A DNA stretch of 64,000 nucleotides from Candidatus Micrarchaeota archaeon (GCA_043827025.1 JBDRPL010000032.1:1-64000), one strand, 5' to 3'; positions 31,243 to 40,600 are shown, counted from the first letter of the stretch. The notes: generated by a model not told the origin, from the letters alone. Numbers and translations: made by a program.

Positions 31243-32052
31243 TTGACAATTACAATATATATTCCTGAAGGCAAGACTGTGAATGCCGGAGTCATAAGAC
31301 GTCTTTTTCAAAATAAGTATTTGCGCTTCGAAGATATGCATATTCCAGATAACGCAACAGGAGTTCTCCGAGTTTGCGATTTCAGTTATAGTAGGTCCAG
31401 TACTGGTGCGAAACCCTGCGGAGAAATTTTCATATCTCCAAGCGGAGACAGCGTCACATTTGCCTTTTCAAACCGTTTTCAGGATCAGGATCTTGCAGAT
31501 GCTTTGAGGCAAGAATTAAGGATACCTGCACATTCTAAAAGAGAAAGGCAAGAGCCAAGAAAAAACATTCCACCTCATGCAAGAAGCGTTGATATTCCTA
31601 GTGATTGCACGTCTTTTTACAGTCCTGTTTTGCAGGTTGTCAGCCTTGTTACTGGCACCTCATTTAAGCTGGTGACAGATTGGAAAAATGATGATCATTC
31701 GCAAAGAGATAATGCTCATTTCTCTGTTTTCGATCCAAAAAGAAGGGATCCAACTGATGTGGAGAAATATTTTAGACTCGGAGCAGTTGATGTTTCGCCC
31801 CAACAAGTCATTTTCAATCTTCGGGATTCCCGCATGAACGATGATCTTGCAAGTGTACTGAGAAAGGAACTGAGGTTGCCTGAACCAAGAAAAGAAATGC
31901 CTAAACCTGTGCAAAGAGGCGGATGGGTATACCCTTCAAGAACAAAGATGGGGACTCATGGCGTTGACCATAATGGAGGCAAAGGGCCAAAAAAGAGAAG
32001 GCATCATGAAACTAGGATGCAAGGCTCCATCGGGAAAAGACTAGCCCATTAA
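31243..32052 (+). CDS. Hypothetical protein with two internal repeats
   Basis: DQDLADALRQELRIP versus NDDLASVLRKELRLP; basic tail. Confidence 0.65.
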   Translation: MTITIYIPEGKTVNAGVIRRLFQNKYLRFEDMHIPDNATGVLRVCDFSYSRSSTGAKPCGEIFISPSGDSVTFAFSNRFQDQDLADALRQELRIPAHSKRERQEPRKNIPPHARSVDIPSDCTSFYSPVLQVVSLVTGTSFKLVTDWKNDDHSQRDNAHFSVFDPKRRDPTDVEKYFRLGAVDVSPQQVIFNLRDSRMNDDLASVLRKELRLPEPRKEMPKPVQRGGWVYPSRTKMGTHGVDHNGGKGPKKRRHHETRMQGSIGKRLAH

Positions 32053-32567
32053 TTTACCCTATTCGGTGCAATCCTGTTTATGAATATCTTTTCCTTAGCC
32101 TCTGCAAGGAATCTTAGAAGTGTTGAGAATTTCGAGCCATTGATTATTATTTCAATTGCCTCCTTCACATACTCCACAGTATCTATCTTGGCGACTATCC
32201 CAATAGTATTCCCATATATCGAAAGATAGGAATCAGTCGAATCTTCTATTTCCCTTTTTATCTTTCCGTCTTCTCCGATGACTCTTGATTTTATTAAAGT
32301 AATGGCTTTGTCGCTTTTTGCATGCTCCTTCAAATTTATCAAATAGAATTGAAAATCCTTGGTATATATCTTTAGCGCTACCTTTGGGTGGAAGCCCCGC
32401 GCAACGGCCTTCACAACGTCCTTTGCAAAATATACATCCGCCACATCCCCTTCAACAGTAACTTCTCCTTCCACTATGTTTAGCTTTATCTTGCACGTAT
32501 TCTGAATCTCTTTCTTGGCCTGCTGAAGCGCCCTTATCCTATCTCTAGGGATCTTTAGTATTTCCAT
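32049..32567 (-). CDS. KH-domain RNA-processing protein (Dim2/Pno1/Krr1-like)
   Basis: VKAVARGF, RVIGEDGK, LSIYGNTIGIV. Confidence 0.88.
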   Translation of the reverse strand: MEILKIPRDRIRALQQAKKEIQNTCKIKLNIVEGEVTVEGDVADVYFAKDVVKAVARGFHPKVALKIYTKDFQFYLINLKEHAKSDKAITLIKSRVIGEDGKIKREIEDSTDSYLSIYGNTIGIVAKIDTVEYVKEAIEIIINGSKFSTLLRFLAEAKEKIFINRIAPNRVN

Positions 32568-33390
32568 CTTTCTCTCCTTTGCTTACTATTTTTTTAAGTA
32601 TTTTTGTGATATATTGGTTGGTTTCAAACCCCATCTGCCTTTTAGCAGCTTTCAGTACTTTGGAGTCAACCTTTTCACTTAATATCATGGCAACCATTCT
32701 TCTGGTTTCCTCATCCCAGTGGTTGAGCAGGTTGATGAACAATGCCTGGACATCCTCTTCGTCCTGTATGTGCGTGAGCGCATTTATGGCATTGTATTGG
32801 TTTTCTTCTATGTCAGACCTTGCAATTATCATCAATTCCTTTTTCATCTCCTTTACCATTTCTTTATTGTGCAGCTCTGTTAGATACGCAGTAGTGCATT
32901 CTGTTGAATACCTATCCCGTATCATCGAGGACAAGAGACTGCTTAATTTTTCTTTGTATCTTGAGTTCTCTGCAAGCTTGTTCAGTGCCACAATGACTGG
33001 AAGCATTGGCCTTTTTTTGGCCTCATAGCTCTCTGAAACGAATTCTATGAAGGCATCTTCCCAGTCTTCGTCAAGAAGCATCATCAGCGTATAGAGTGCA
33101 GTGAAGTTAGGGGTTAGGCCTGAACTGTCCTTTTCAGGATTGCTCAAAGTGCTCACAGCTATCCTTACAAGTGCCATCCTTGAGTTTTCATGGTGCCTTA
33201 TTTCTTCAGGAGATACCTCTTTTTTGGTTGCATAGAGCCCCATTATGTCCCAGAACACATCTCGTATATTCTTATCTGGATGGCTTGCGAATTTCTTGAG
33301 CTTTGGCTTTGTTGGAGGTGTGTCAACGTATTCTGTATCGTCATCCCCTCCGTGAATTGGACCCTTTTGCTCCTGCTTCTGTTCTACCAT
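32545..33390 (-). CDS. HEAT-repeat-like hypothetical protein
   Basis: NQYNAINAL and LLNHWDEETRRMVAMIL helical repeats. Confidence 0.65.
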   Translation of the reverse strand: MVEQKQEQKGPIHGGDDDTEYVDTPPTKPKLKKFASHPDKNIRDVFWDIMGLYATKKEVSPEEIRHHENSRMALVRIAVSTLSNPEKDSSGLTPNFTALYTLMMLLDEDWEDAFIEFVSESYEAKKRPMLPVIVALNKLAENSRYKEKLSSLLSSMIRDRYSTECTTAYLTELHNKEMVKEMKKELMIIARSDIEENQYNAINALTHIQDEEDVQALFINLLNHWDEETRRMVAMILSEKVDSKVLKAAKRQMGFETNQYITKILKKIVSKGEKDGNTKDP

Positions 33391-33443
33391 GTATTTTGTA
33401 TATGGGAGATAAGCTTATTTAACCTTGATTCCGTACTTTTATC

Positions 33444-34412
33444 ATGGTTAATAATGCAGACGAACAACTTTTAGGTGCAGTGGAGAAGGGAGATCTGAAA
33501 GGTGTCAGGAATGCGCTTGCCCATGGCGCCAATGTCAATGCAGTAGCCTATGTTGGAGATGCGTATTCGCAGACCTCGCTTATAATTGCAGTTGCAGATG
33601 GAAATTATGGCATTGCCAAGCTTCTTTTGGAATCAGGTGCCAATCCCAATTTTCAAATAAATGGTGAGGATTGGAATGGAATGAGTGCGCTCATGTGGGC
33701 GGCAATGAAAGGATACCATAGAATTGCAAAGCTTCTTTTGAAGCATGATGCTTTAGTGACTCTAAAGGATGAACATGATTTCATGGCCTATGATTTTGCA
33801 ATTGAGAATAACCATAAGGAGATCGCAAAACTCCTTGAAAAAAAATCAAAGGATAAGAATGTCCTGCTTTTGGAATCTGTTGATTCTGATAATCTTAACG
33901 GAGTGGAAGAAGCTTTAAAGAAAGGGGCGGACGTAAATTCAAAATATCCTGAAGGTGACACGCCTCTCTTACGGGCATGTAATCCAACCACTCCTGAAAT
34001 AGAGGTCGCAGTGTTGCTTGTCAAGCATGGTGCGAAAGTGGATGCCAAAACAAAAGATGAGATAACCTCTCTTATGCTCGCTTCCATTCGAGGCGAGAGT
34101 TCCCTTGTGAGCCTTTTCCTGAAAAAAGGTGCGGATGTGGATGCAAGAGACAAGCAAGGTAGAACTGCACTGATGTATGCTGCGGATAGCTGGAGATGCT
34201 GGCCTGAAGTTGTAAAAATATTGCTGAAAAATGGTGCGGATCTGAAGATAAAAGACAAGGATGGGAAAACCGCGTATGACCTGGCAGAGAACAAATGCCC
34301 AGAAAGGCTGAAATTGGTCAAATCCCCAAGCCAGGGGCGCATCCATGAACCATATACTGCAGACATAAAGGAGATAATCAATCTTCTAAAGGGTGCGGAA
34401 AAAAAGAAGTAG
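33444..34412 (+). CDS. Ankyrin repeat protein
   Basis: Multiple G.TALM.A...LL..GADVN repeats. Confidence 0.93.
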   Translation: MVNNADEQLLGAVEKGDLKGVRNALAHGANVNAVAYVGDAYSQTSLIIAVADGNYGIAKLLLESGANPNFQINGEDWNGMSALMWAAMKGYHRIAKLLLKHDALVTLKDEHDFMAYDFAIENNHKEIAKLLEKKSKDKNVLLLESVDSDNLNGVEEALKKGADVNSKYPEGDTPLLRACNPTTPEIEVAVLLVKHGAKVDAKTKDEITSLMLASIRGESSLVSLFLKKGADVDARDKQGRTALMYAADSWRCWPEVVKILLKNGADLKIKDKDGKTAYDLAENKCPERLKLVKSPSQGRIHEPYTADIKEIINLLKGAEKKK

Positions 34413-34458
34413 TTGGTTTTTTAATAATTTGCACTCAAACGTTATTCCTATTTCATAT

Positions 34459-34576
34459 GCCACCGTGGCTCAGTTGGTAGAGCGTGTGCTTGGTAAGAAA
34501 CTCTTTCGGGGTGCCTAAAGAGTTTCATCAGAAACCAATGAGTACAAGGTCGTGAGTTCAATTCTCGCCGGTGGCT
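34459..34576 (+). tRNA. tRNA-Thr(GGT) with a 45-nt intron at 37/38 (34496-34540)
   Basis: Acceptor GCCACCG/CGGTGGC, D arm GCTC/GAGC, anticodon GGT 34492-34494, T arm GTGAG-TTCAATT-CTCGC; TTGG/CCAA central helix of a relaxed BHB. Confidence 0.93.
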
Positions 34577-34681
34577 TCTCATTTTTTATTCGAAGCCACC
34601 TATTTTATGCCTCACATAAAATCTCTCGAAATTCTCATTGAATTTCTCGATCGCCGGTGGCATTTCATTTTTTTATTCGAA
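34565..34681 (+). repeat. Direct repeat of the tRNA-Thr 3' end
   Basis: tcgccggtggc..tcatttttt(t)attcgaa at 34565-34594 and 34651-34681, offset 86 bp. Confidence 0.8.
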
Positions 34682-34731
34682 TTCTGGCAATGATTAAAAA
34701 CCCTACCAGTGTTTATCTTTTCAGTGATATT

Positions 34732-35541
34732 ATGGACAAAGACGAAATCATCCTCACATGCAAATACAAGGGCTTTAACATAGGAAAGAAATACGAATTC
34801 GACAAGCCTGATCCAAAAGTGATTGCAGGGGTTTTATCCTCTCTTTCCGAAGATATCGAGCAGAAGGCATTTGAACTTTCTGGGATAGATACGAAAAAAA
34901 TAGATGAGCTTGTTTCTAAGAAAACTGATCTTATCGAAGGCATAAGGACAACAAAAAAGGAGGATCTTCTTGCTGGTTGCAACAATGACAAACCTATGAT
35001 CCCTATTGCAGAATCCTACTTTCTCAACAAGATGTTCAAGAAATTCAACATTCCAATAAGGCCCGCTCCTAATACTTCGTATCCTTCCAAGAAGGAAGAG
35101 CCGTCGAATGTTGTTTTCATTGGAAATGTCAAGCCTTGGTTTGCTGCCAGGAAAATTCTAGTAGGGAAAACAACTGAGGATTACGAAATTTCAGGTGTCT
35201 TGTCAGCTGCTAATTACACAATAGTGAACAAGTCCTTTGAATTTTTCATGAGCACCATCCCAATGGCTGGCGAGATGGCGCAATTCGGCCAAGGAGAGCG
35301 AAAGAGTTTTGCAAATCTTGCTGCAGCATTGGAGAAGCTCAGGGCATTCTTGTTGTTCTCTAAATCACTTACAAATAATAATCCTGATTTGGTTGCATAC
35401 AATTATTTCAAGGTCTGTTCAAATGTCGGCTTCAACAAGGGCGTTCCAGGCTTTATGCCATATGCAAATACATACGTAATGGTTGGCAAATATCCTGATT
35501 TGAAGATAAAGAAGCCTAAGGGAAGGGTTGCGAAAGGTTAG
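34732..35541 (+). CDS. DUF2666-like archaeal protein
   Basis: Two similar halves (TCKYKGF; IGNVKPWFAARKI) and C-terminal YPDLKIKKPKGR. Confidence 0.65.
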   Translation: MDKDEIILTCKYKGFNIGKKYEFDKPDPKVIAGVLSSLSEDIEQKAFELSGIDTKKIDELVSKKTDLIEGIRTTKKEDLLAGCNNDKPMIPIAESYFLNKMFKKFNIPIRPAPNTSYPSKKEEPSNVVFIGNVKPWFAARKILVGKTTEDYEISGVLSAANYTIVNKSFEFFMSTIPMAGEMAQFGQGERKSFANLAAALEKLRAFLLFSKSLTNNNPDLVAYNYFKVCSNVGFNKGVPGFMPYANTYVMVGKYPDLKIKKPKGRVAKG

Positions 35542-35546
35542 CGTTT

Positions 35547-36449
35547 ATGGGTCCAAGAACCAAACCTATGGAACAACTTGAATATCCTAGTGGATGGGTT
35601 TATGTAAATACTTCAGAACAGGCGCATAATTATCTAAGGGGGCTCTGGGATTCTTTCCTAGATGCACATAGGATTGCATTTCCTCTTACTGAAAATCAGT
35701 GGAACAAAATTGCAGATCAGTCATTTGCCATTCCAAAAAAATATACGATGGATGTTTTGACTGTTCTAAACAGATTTCTTCCAGAAGAAACAAGAAAAAT
35801 TATTGAGAAATATCCACCCTATTTCATTGTGATGCCAGATGCCTACTTTGAGGTTCGTGGAACGAAGTCTGTCGCTTTTTGGGGAAACACTAGTGGTTCT
35901 GTTGTTGGCGCGGTTATGCGTGATGAGAAGAGTAATGTAATCTTTGTTTCCCAAGGTGAATATGCGAAACTGAATTCTGTCAAAGGACTCGTTCCGTTGC
36001 TAATTCATGAATCACTTCATTATGCAAAAGCATTGACTAACAAAAAGTGGAGGGAATCAATCAAACATGGTTTCGATGAAGGAGTTACAGAATATTTGTC
36101 CCTCAGATTCAGTATTGAGGTAGGATACAAACATCCAAATTCTTCTGAACAGTATCGTTTTCAATTCAGGGTTGCGCATGTTTTAGGCAAACTTGTCCGG
36201 GATGATGAATTTGTATCCGCGTACTTCAGCAGTGATTATTCAGAAATAAGAAAAAAGGTCGACAAACTCTGCGGGTTTGGCACTTGGGACCGATTATACG
36301 ACTCTCTTTCAGACAAATTCCACATCTCTGATCCACAAAAAGTTATGGATATTTTGAAAGACATAATCAAAAAAGCCAAGCTTAACCTTGACCAACTTAA
36401 CAGAGAATTAGATGCATTTGGAAAATTAACTCCCAAAAAAGTCCAATGA
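35547..36449 (+). CDS. Putative zincin metallopeptidase
   Basis: LIHESLHY followed by FDEGVTEY (HExxH plus downstream E). Confidence 0.7.
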   Translation: MGPRTKPMEQLEYPSGWVYVNTSEQAHNYLRGLWDSFLDAHRIAFPLTENQWNKIADQSFAIPKKYTMDVLTVLNRFLPEETRKIIEKYPPYFIVMPDAYFEVRGTKSVAFWGNTSGSVVGAVMRDEKSNVIFVSQGEYAKLNSVKGLVPLLIHESLHYAKALTNKKWRESIKHGFDEGVTEYLSLRFSIEVGYKHPNSSEQYRFQFRVAHVLGKLVRDDEFVSAYFSSDYSEIRKKVDKLCGFGTWDRLYDSLSDKFHISDPQKVMDILKDIIKKAKLNLDQLNRELDAFGKLTPKKVQ

Positions 36450-36488
36450 CCAATTGCTCTTTAAACTTTTTTATCCAAGAGTAGGTAT

Positions 36489-37370
36489 ATGTCTGAAGGC
36501 ATAGGTTATGGAAAAGTTATCCTTTTCGGAGAACACTTTGTAGTTCATGGAACTCCTGCAATTGCCGTCGGCATCTCGTCCAAATGCGTTGTTGAGCTTG
36601 AGAAGCAGGAGGAAATGGAATTCGTCACAGATGCCAAAGGAACAATCCCGGAACTCACAAACAGGGCAATTGCAAATGTTACTGGCGCAATGGATGTAAA
36701 AGATAATTTCCAAGTTTTCATGGGTGGCAACCTTCCGACCTGCGGCGGATTAGGTTCATCAGCTGCATTTTCGGTTGCAATGGTTCGTGCATTTGCAAAT
36801 TATTATGGAATGAAATTAACTGAGGAACAGGTCAACAAATTTGCCTATGAAGGTGAAAAAGCATTTCACGGCAATCCGTCTGGAATTGATAATGTAATTG
36901 CCACTTACGGCGGAGCAATAGAATATACAAAAGGTAAAGAATTCCAAAAGCTTAAGATTGGAAAACCCTTTTCTCTCGTAGTCGGGATAACTGGAAAAAC
37001 CGGGCCTACTAAGAAGATGGTTGAATCTGTGCAGAAGTTCAAGGACTCTGACCCAGGCGATTTCCAAAGTCTCCAGGATCGTTCTGTTGACATTGTGCGA
37101 AGAGGAAAGAAAGCTCTTGCAACAGGTGATTTTGAAGATCTTGGGATACTGATGAATTCGAACCAACAACTCCTGAAAGAAATCGGAGTCTCGCTTGACA
37201 TAAATGATGAGCTTGTGAAAAAGATGCTCGATGCCGGAGCTTTAGGCTCAAAGCTCACAGGTGGCGGAGGCGGAGGATGTTGCATTGCTTTGGCAAAGGA
37301 TGCATTGCATGCACAGAACATATTGAAGGAGATAAAACCTTTTGAGGGTTTTGTAACAGAAGTAAAGTAG
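36489..37370 (+). CDS. mvk: Mevalonate kinase
   Basis: GKVILFGEHFVVHG, GLGSSAA, HGNPSGID, KLTGGGGGGC. Confidence 0.95.
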   Translation: MSEGIGYGKVILFGEHFVVHGTPAIAVGISSKCVVELEKQEEMEFVTDAKGTIPELTNRAIANVTGAMDVKDNFQVFMGGNLPTCGGLGSSAAFSVAMVRAFANYYGMKLTEEQVNKFAYEGEKAFHGNPSGIDNVIATYGGAIEYTKGKEFQKLKIGKPFSLVVGITGKTGPTKKMVESVQKFKDSDPGDFQSLQDRSVDIVRRGKKALATGDFEDLGILMNSNQQLLKEIGVSLDINDELVKKMLDAGALGSKLTGGGGGGCCIALAKDALHAQNILKEIKPFEGFVTEVK

Positions 37371-37396
37371 GCCCAATTAGTTTTTCTTATTTTTTT

Positions 37397-37713
37397 GGAG
37401 GAGGAAGTGTGATTCCCCCTCCGTATCCGCGACCATTGGTCGAGGATATACGATCCAGCCTTTGCTGGATCGGTGTAGCCCTATGTTTGAACATCTTGGC
37501 AATGCCAAATGTCTCTGCCTATATCACCTCCAAAATAAATGGCAGCTGGATTTGAGATGATGCCTGTTTCCTGAACCTTCAAGTCCTCCAGAGCGAAAAA
37601 CCCTCTGGTTTAGAATCAATGAAGGGGGAACGCAGGTCTACGGTAGTATAAGGTGGGAGGCGCCCCAGACAGAGTCTTGTCCGAGGCCAGTCCCCTTTCA
37701 TCCTGAGTCAGGA
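37397..37713. ncRNA. Candidate highly structured non-coding element
   Basis: At least eight adjacent stems in ~320 nt, visibly GC-richer than its flanks, no ORF of 60 aa or more; strand unresolved. Confidence 0.5.
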
Positions 37714-37720
37714 CATTAAT

Positions 37721-37966
37721 CTAAGCTGGATTCGTTGCTATGCCAACAAACTCCTTCAACTTTGCAATTTCTTTCTGCTGTTCGAGCACAACGCCCATCA
37801 GTATTGTTTCAAGCATGTTCAGCTTTGAGCTTCCGCCAGCCTTTGCATGGCTCTTTGCAGTCATTAGCATCTCATCAAACAGGCCCTTGTATTCTGTTCC
37901 AAGTCCTTCCCTGTAACTTATGATTGCGTTAACATTTTCGTTTATTGTTTCTGTTTTCATCATCAT
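37721..37966 (-). CDS. Small helical protein resembling PolB2-associated proteins (arCOG07300-like)
   Basis: YREGL..EYKGLFDEML..AKSH..A...LETILMGVVLEQQKEI recalls that family; ggtgat SD; assignment from memory only. Confidence 0.6.
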   Translation of the reverse strand: MMMKTETINENVNAIISYREGLGTEYKGLFDEMLMTAKSHAKAGGSSKLNMLETILMGVVLEQQKEIAKLKEFVGIATNPA

Positions 37967-38019
37967 ATCATCACCAATATTGATGTGATTTTAGTAGATT
38001 AAGTGCGTTGCGGAGCACC

Positions 38020-38041
38020 TCACTTCCGCGTGCGGAAGTGA
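38020..38041. promoter_or_regulatory. Palindromic operator-like site between divergent genes
   Basis: TCACTTCCGC-GT-GCGGAAGTGA with perfect 10-bp arms, next to TATA-like tatttaag. Confidence 0.6.
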
Positions 38042-38073
38042 ATCTATTTAAGCCTATTCTGCGAATGAATAAT

Positions 38074-39111
38074 ATGAATATTTTTGACGGGAAGGACGAC
38101 GCACGAGTCATAGCCAACGAGAAGTTCCTTCAACCCGAATTTTTCCCAACTCAAATACTGAATCGTGAGAAAGAGATAAACACAATTGCTTATTCAGTCA
38201 AATCATTTCTTAGGTCAAAATCTCCTCAAAATCTTTTTGTCCATGGACATCCAGGGACAGGGAAAACAACCTGTGCATCCTATGTCATGAATCAGCTCGA
38301 GGAACATACGAGTGCAGTCACTCCTCTATATCTAAATTGTTGGAAATTCTCCACCTCACTGTCCATTTATTCTGAAATAGCAACTGCAATGAAACTGGCA
38401 ATTCCAAGAAGGGGCATAGCAAAGGATGAAGTCTCTCAACGGATAATCGAATTCCTTGAAAAAGATAAAATGCGTTTCGTTTTGGTTCTTGATGAGCTTG
38501 ATGGACTTATAAAACAAGGAATGGATTTCCTTTATTTCGCTTCAAGATATCCCCACTTTAGTATTGTTGGTATCTCAAACAGGACTGATTTTCTTGCGTT
38601 ATTGGATCAGAGAGTTAAGAGTTCACTAAATTTCAGCAGCCTTGAGTTTGCGAAGTATTCTTATCTTGATCTCAAATTTATACTCGCGGAAAGGGCGAAG
38701 AATGCTCTTGTTGCAGGCTCGTATTCAGATTCTATAATGGATGCAATTGCAAAGAGGTCTGCGGAAACAGGAGATGCAAGGTTCGCAATAGGCCTTCTTC
38801 TGAAGTCTGCAAAGTCAGCAGAGCAGAGAAATTCGAATAAGATCGAATTGGTAGATGTTCCTAGAGAATTAATTGAGCACAAATTCGAGAACAAGAAACT
38901 TTCTGATGTCGAAAAAGAGGTTGTGGATTTTTTGAAGCATGGAGAGAAAACTTCAACAGAGATATATTCGCACCTTTCCGTTAAGGACATCAGCCTGAGC
39001 AAAAGGCAAATCCGAACTTATCTTGAAACCTTGGTTGAAAAGGGAGTGATAAAACAAAAAGAAATAGAAACAGGCTCCTTCCTAAAGCCGAGGATGTTTA
39101 GCTTGTCTTGA
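38074..39111 (+). CDS. cdc6: Orc1/Cdc6 family AAA+ protein
   Basis: LQPEFFP..ILNRE, GHPGTGKT, YLNCW, VLDELD, GDARFAI, C-terminal wHTH. Confidence 0.9.
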   Translation: MNIFDGKDDARVIANEKFLQPEFFPTQILNREKEINTIAYSVKSFLRSKSPQNLFVHGHPGTGKTTCASYVMNQLEEHTSAVTPLYLNCWKFSTSLSIYSEIATAMKLAIPRRGIAKDEVSQRIIEFLEKDKMRFVLVLDELDGLIKQGMDFLYFASRYPHFSIVGISNRTDFLALLDQRVKSSLNFSSLEFAKYSYLDLKFILAERAKNALVAGSYSDSIMDAIAKRSAETGDARFAIGLLLKSAKSAEQRNSNKIELVDVPRELIEHKFENKKLSDVEKEVVDFLKHGEKTSTEIYSHLSVKDISLSKRQIRTYLETLVEKGVIKQKEIETGSFLKPRMFSLS

Positions 39112-39742
39112 TTCCAATCTTTGGACAAATCCTGTTCAGTTTGCATTTTCCGCAAAGCGGTTTCTTAGGCAAGCAGATTACCTGTCCATAGGCTACAAAT
39201 ATTTTATTGAGTTTTCTTCTGTAATTTGCAGGAACAAGTACCATAAGCTTCTTTTCAGTTTCCTCTGGCTTTTTAGTCTTAACAAGCCCGAGCCTGTTGC
39301 TTATCCTGTGTACATGGACATCTACCCCTATAGTGTCCTTTCCGAATACTCGCGCCAAAACGATATTTGCTGTTTTTCTGCCAACCCCTGGTAATCCCAA
39401 CAGTCCCTCAATTGTGCTTGGAACCTTTCCATCATATTCGCTTATCAAAATCTTCGAAATCTCATGAATCCTTTTTGATTTAGTTTTGTAGAATCCTATT
39501 CCGTAAATTATTTTTTCAAGTTTCCTATTGCTTAGCTTCAGCATCTGGTCTGGGGTTTTTGTCCTATCAAATAATGATGGCAGAATTCTTGCAGTAGTTG
39601 TATCTTTTGTTCTTGCAGAAAGCATTGTTCCAATAAGCGTTTCAAAAGGAGTGCTGGCCGAATTCTTCTCCAGTAGATGAACAGGTGCACCCTTGGCATC
39701 CAGCTCCATTATCCCGAGTATTTTCCTAATCTCGAATTTCAT
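39098..39742 (-). CDS. nth: Endonuclease III
   Basis: LSARTKD, HhH LPGVGRKTAN, VDVHVHR, 4Fe-4S motif C-x6-C-x2-C-x5-C. Confidence 0.95.
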   Translation of the reverse strand: MKFEIRKILGIMELDAKGAPVHLLEKNSASTPFETLIGTMLSARTKDTTTARILPSLFDRTKTPDQMLKLSNRKLEKIIYGIGFYKTKSKRIHEISKILISEYDGKVPSTIEGLLGLPGVGRKTANIVLARVFGKDTIGVDVHVHRISNRLGLVKTKKPEETEKKLMVLVPANYRRKLNKIFVAYGQVICLPKKPLCGKCKLNRICPKIGIKTS

Positions 39743-40494
39743 AGCCTTATCTCTGTGCAGGTTGTTTTCTTCCCCCGCAAAACAGCCTCTAGCCTTTCAG
39801 GATAATTAGCATTTACTATGTATATGGGCTTCTTCAGTTTTATCATTTCGTTTATCTTTCCTTCCATTCCGCCGGTGACATCATTGGTTGCAGCACCCTT
39901 TACATTCTCCAGAATTTCCTTGACGTTCTTTTTGGTGACTTTATCAACCACTTTCCCATTCAAAAGTATGCCGTCAACATTTGTTCCGAAGATTATTTTT
40001 TTCGCATTTTTTCCAAGATGTGCAACAATCTGGTCCCCAGAACAAGGCGCTCCGCCTCTCTTATCATCAAGAACCATATCACCATATAAAATTGGCATAT
40101 ACCCATTTTGAAGATAATCATTCACTATTTTCGCTTCGAATGAAAGGATTCGCCTGTCTCTTTGTTTTATCAACGCAGCTGGCGGCAAGGAAATCGCAGG
40201 TATTCCTTGTTTTATAAGTGAATTGACGATTATGAGTGAAAGATAGGAGCACCCTGCATGGGTATCTGCGTATGAAACTTTGTTTTCAATCGTTTTTACT
40301 CCTTCACGGATCCCATGCATTATCACTGGAGCATGGCCAAATGAACCTGCCCCATGCACTAATACAATATCCTTCTTTCCTGCTTTCCAGGCATTTGCTA
40401 TGACAGTAGTTAGTGATTCTATGGCCTTTTCATTCTCTTCCATGTATCCGTGCTTTTTGCTCACGACGCTTCCGCCCAGTTTTACGATTAGCAT
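39739..40494 (-). CDS. ipk: Isopentenyl phosphate kinase
   Basis: VKLGGSV, HGAGSFGH, SGD, DVTGGMEGK. Confidence 0.92.
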   Translation of the reverse strand: MLIVKLGGSVVSKKHGYMEENEKAIESLTTVIANAWKAGKKDIVLVHGAGSFGHAPVIMHGIREGVKTIENKVSYADTHAGCSYLSLIIVNSLIKQGIPAISLPPAALIKQRDRRILSFEAKIVNDYLQNGYMPILYGDMVLDDKRGGAPCSGDQIVAHLGKNAKKIIFGTNVDGILLNGKVVDKVTKKNVKEILENVKGAATNDVTGGMEGKINEMIKLKKPIYIVNANYPERLEAVLRGKKTTCTEIRL

Positions 40495-40600
40495 GTCTAT
40501 ACTATTCGTTTAATACTTAAATGTTTTTCTGCCATTTTGAACACACAAATCCACTCATTGCGTCTAAATTTGCGTTTGGCGCATAGCTTTAAAAATACGT

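Noticed and set aside
34496..34540. Hammerhead ribozyme or C/D box RNA (CTGATGA on the antisense strand of the intron)
   Set aside because: The motif is antisense to the tRNA, stem II is not followed by GAAA in hammerhead geometry, and there is no matching box pair.
37388..37495. Short minus-strand ORF MFKHRATP...PPPKK (35 aa)
   Set aside because: It runs entirely through perfect hairpins, the SD is far from its ATG, and I recognise no homolog.
37397..37713. RNase P RNA or SRP RNA identity for the structured region
   Set aside because: gaggaag is not followed by the P4 consensus (GAGGAAAGTCC..AACAGAA), and no SRP helix-8 CAGG..GGAA..AGCA motif was found on either strand by eye.
37380..38070. 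Canonical replication origin next to cdc6
   Set aside because: No repeated full ORB elements with G-strings and no AT-rich unwinding element; only one palindrome and a weak ctccagagcgaaa.
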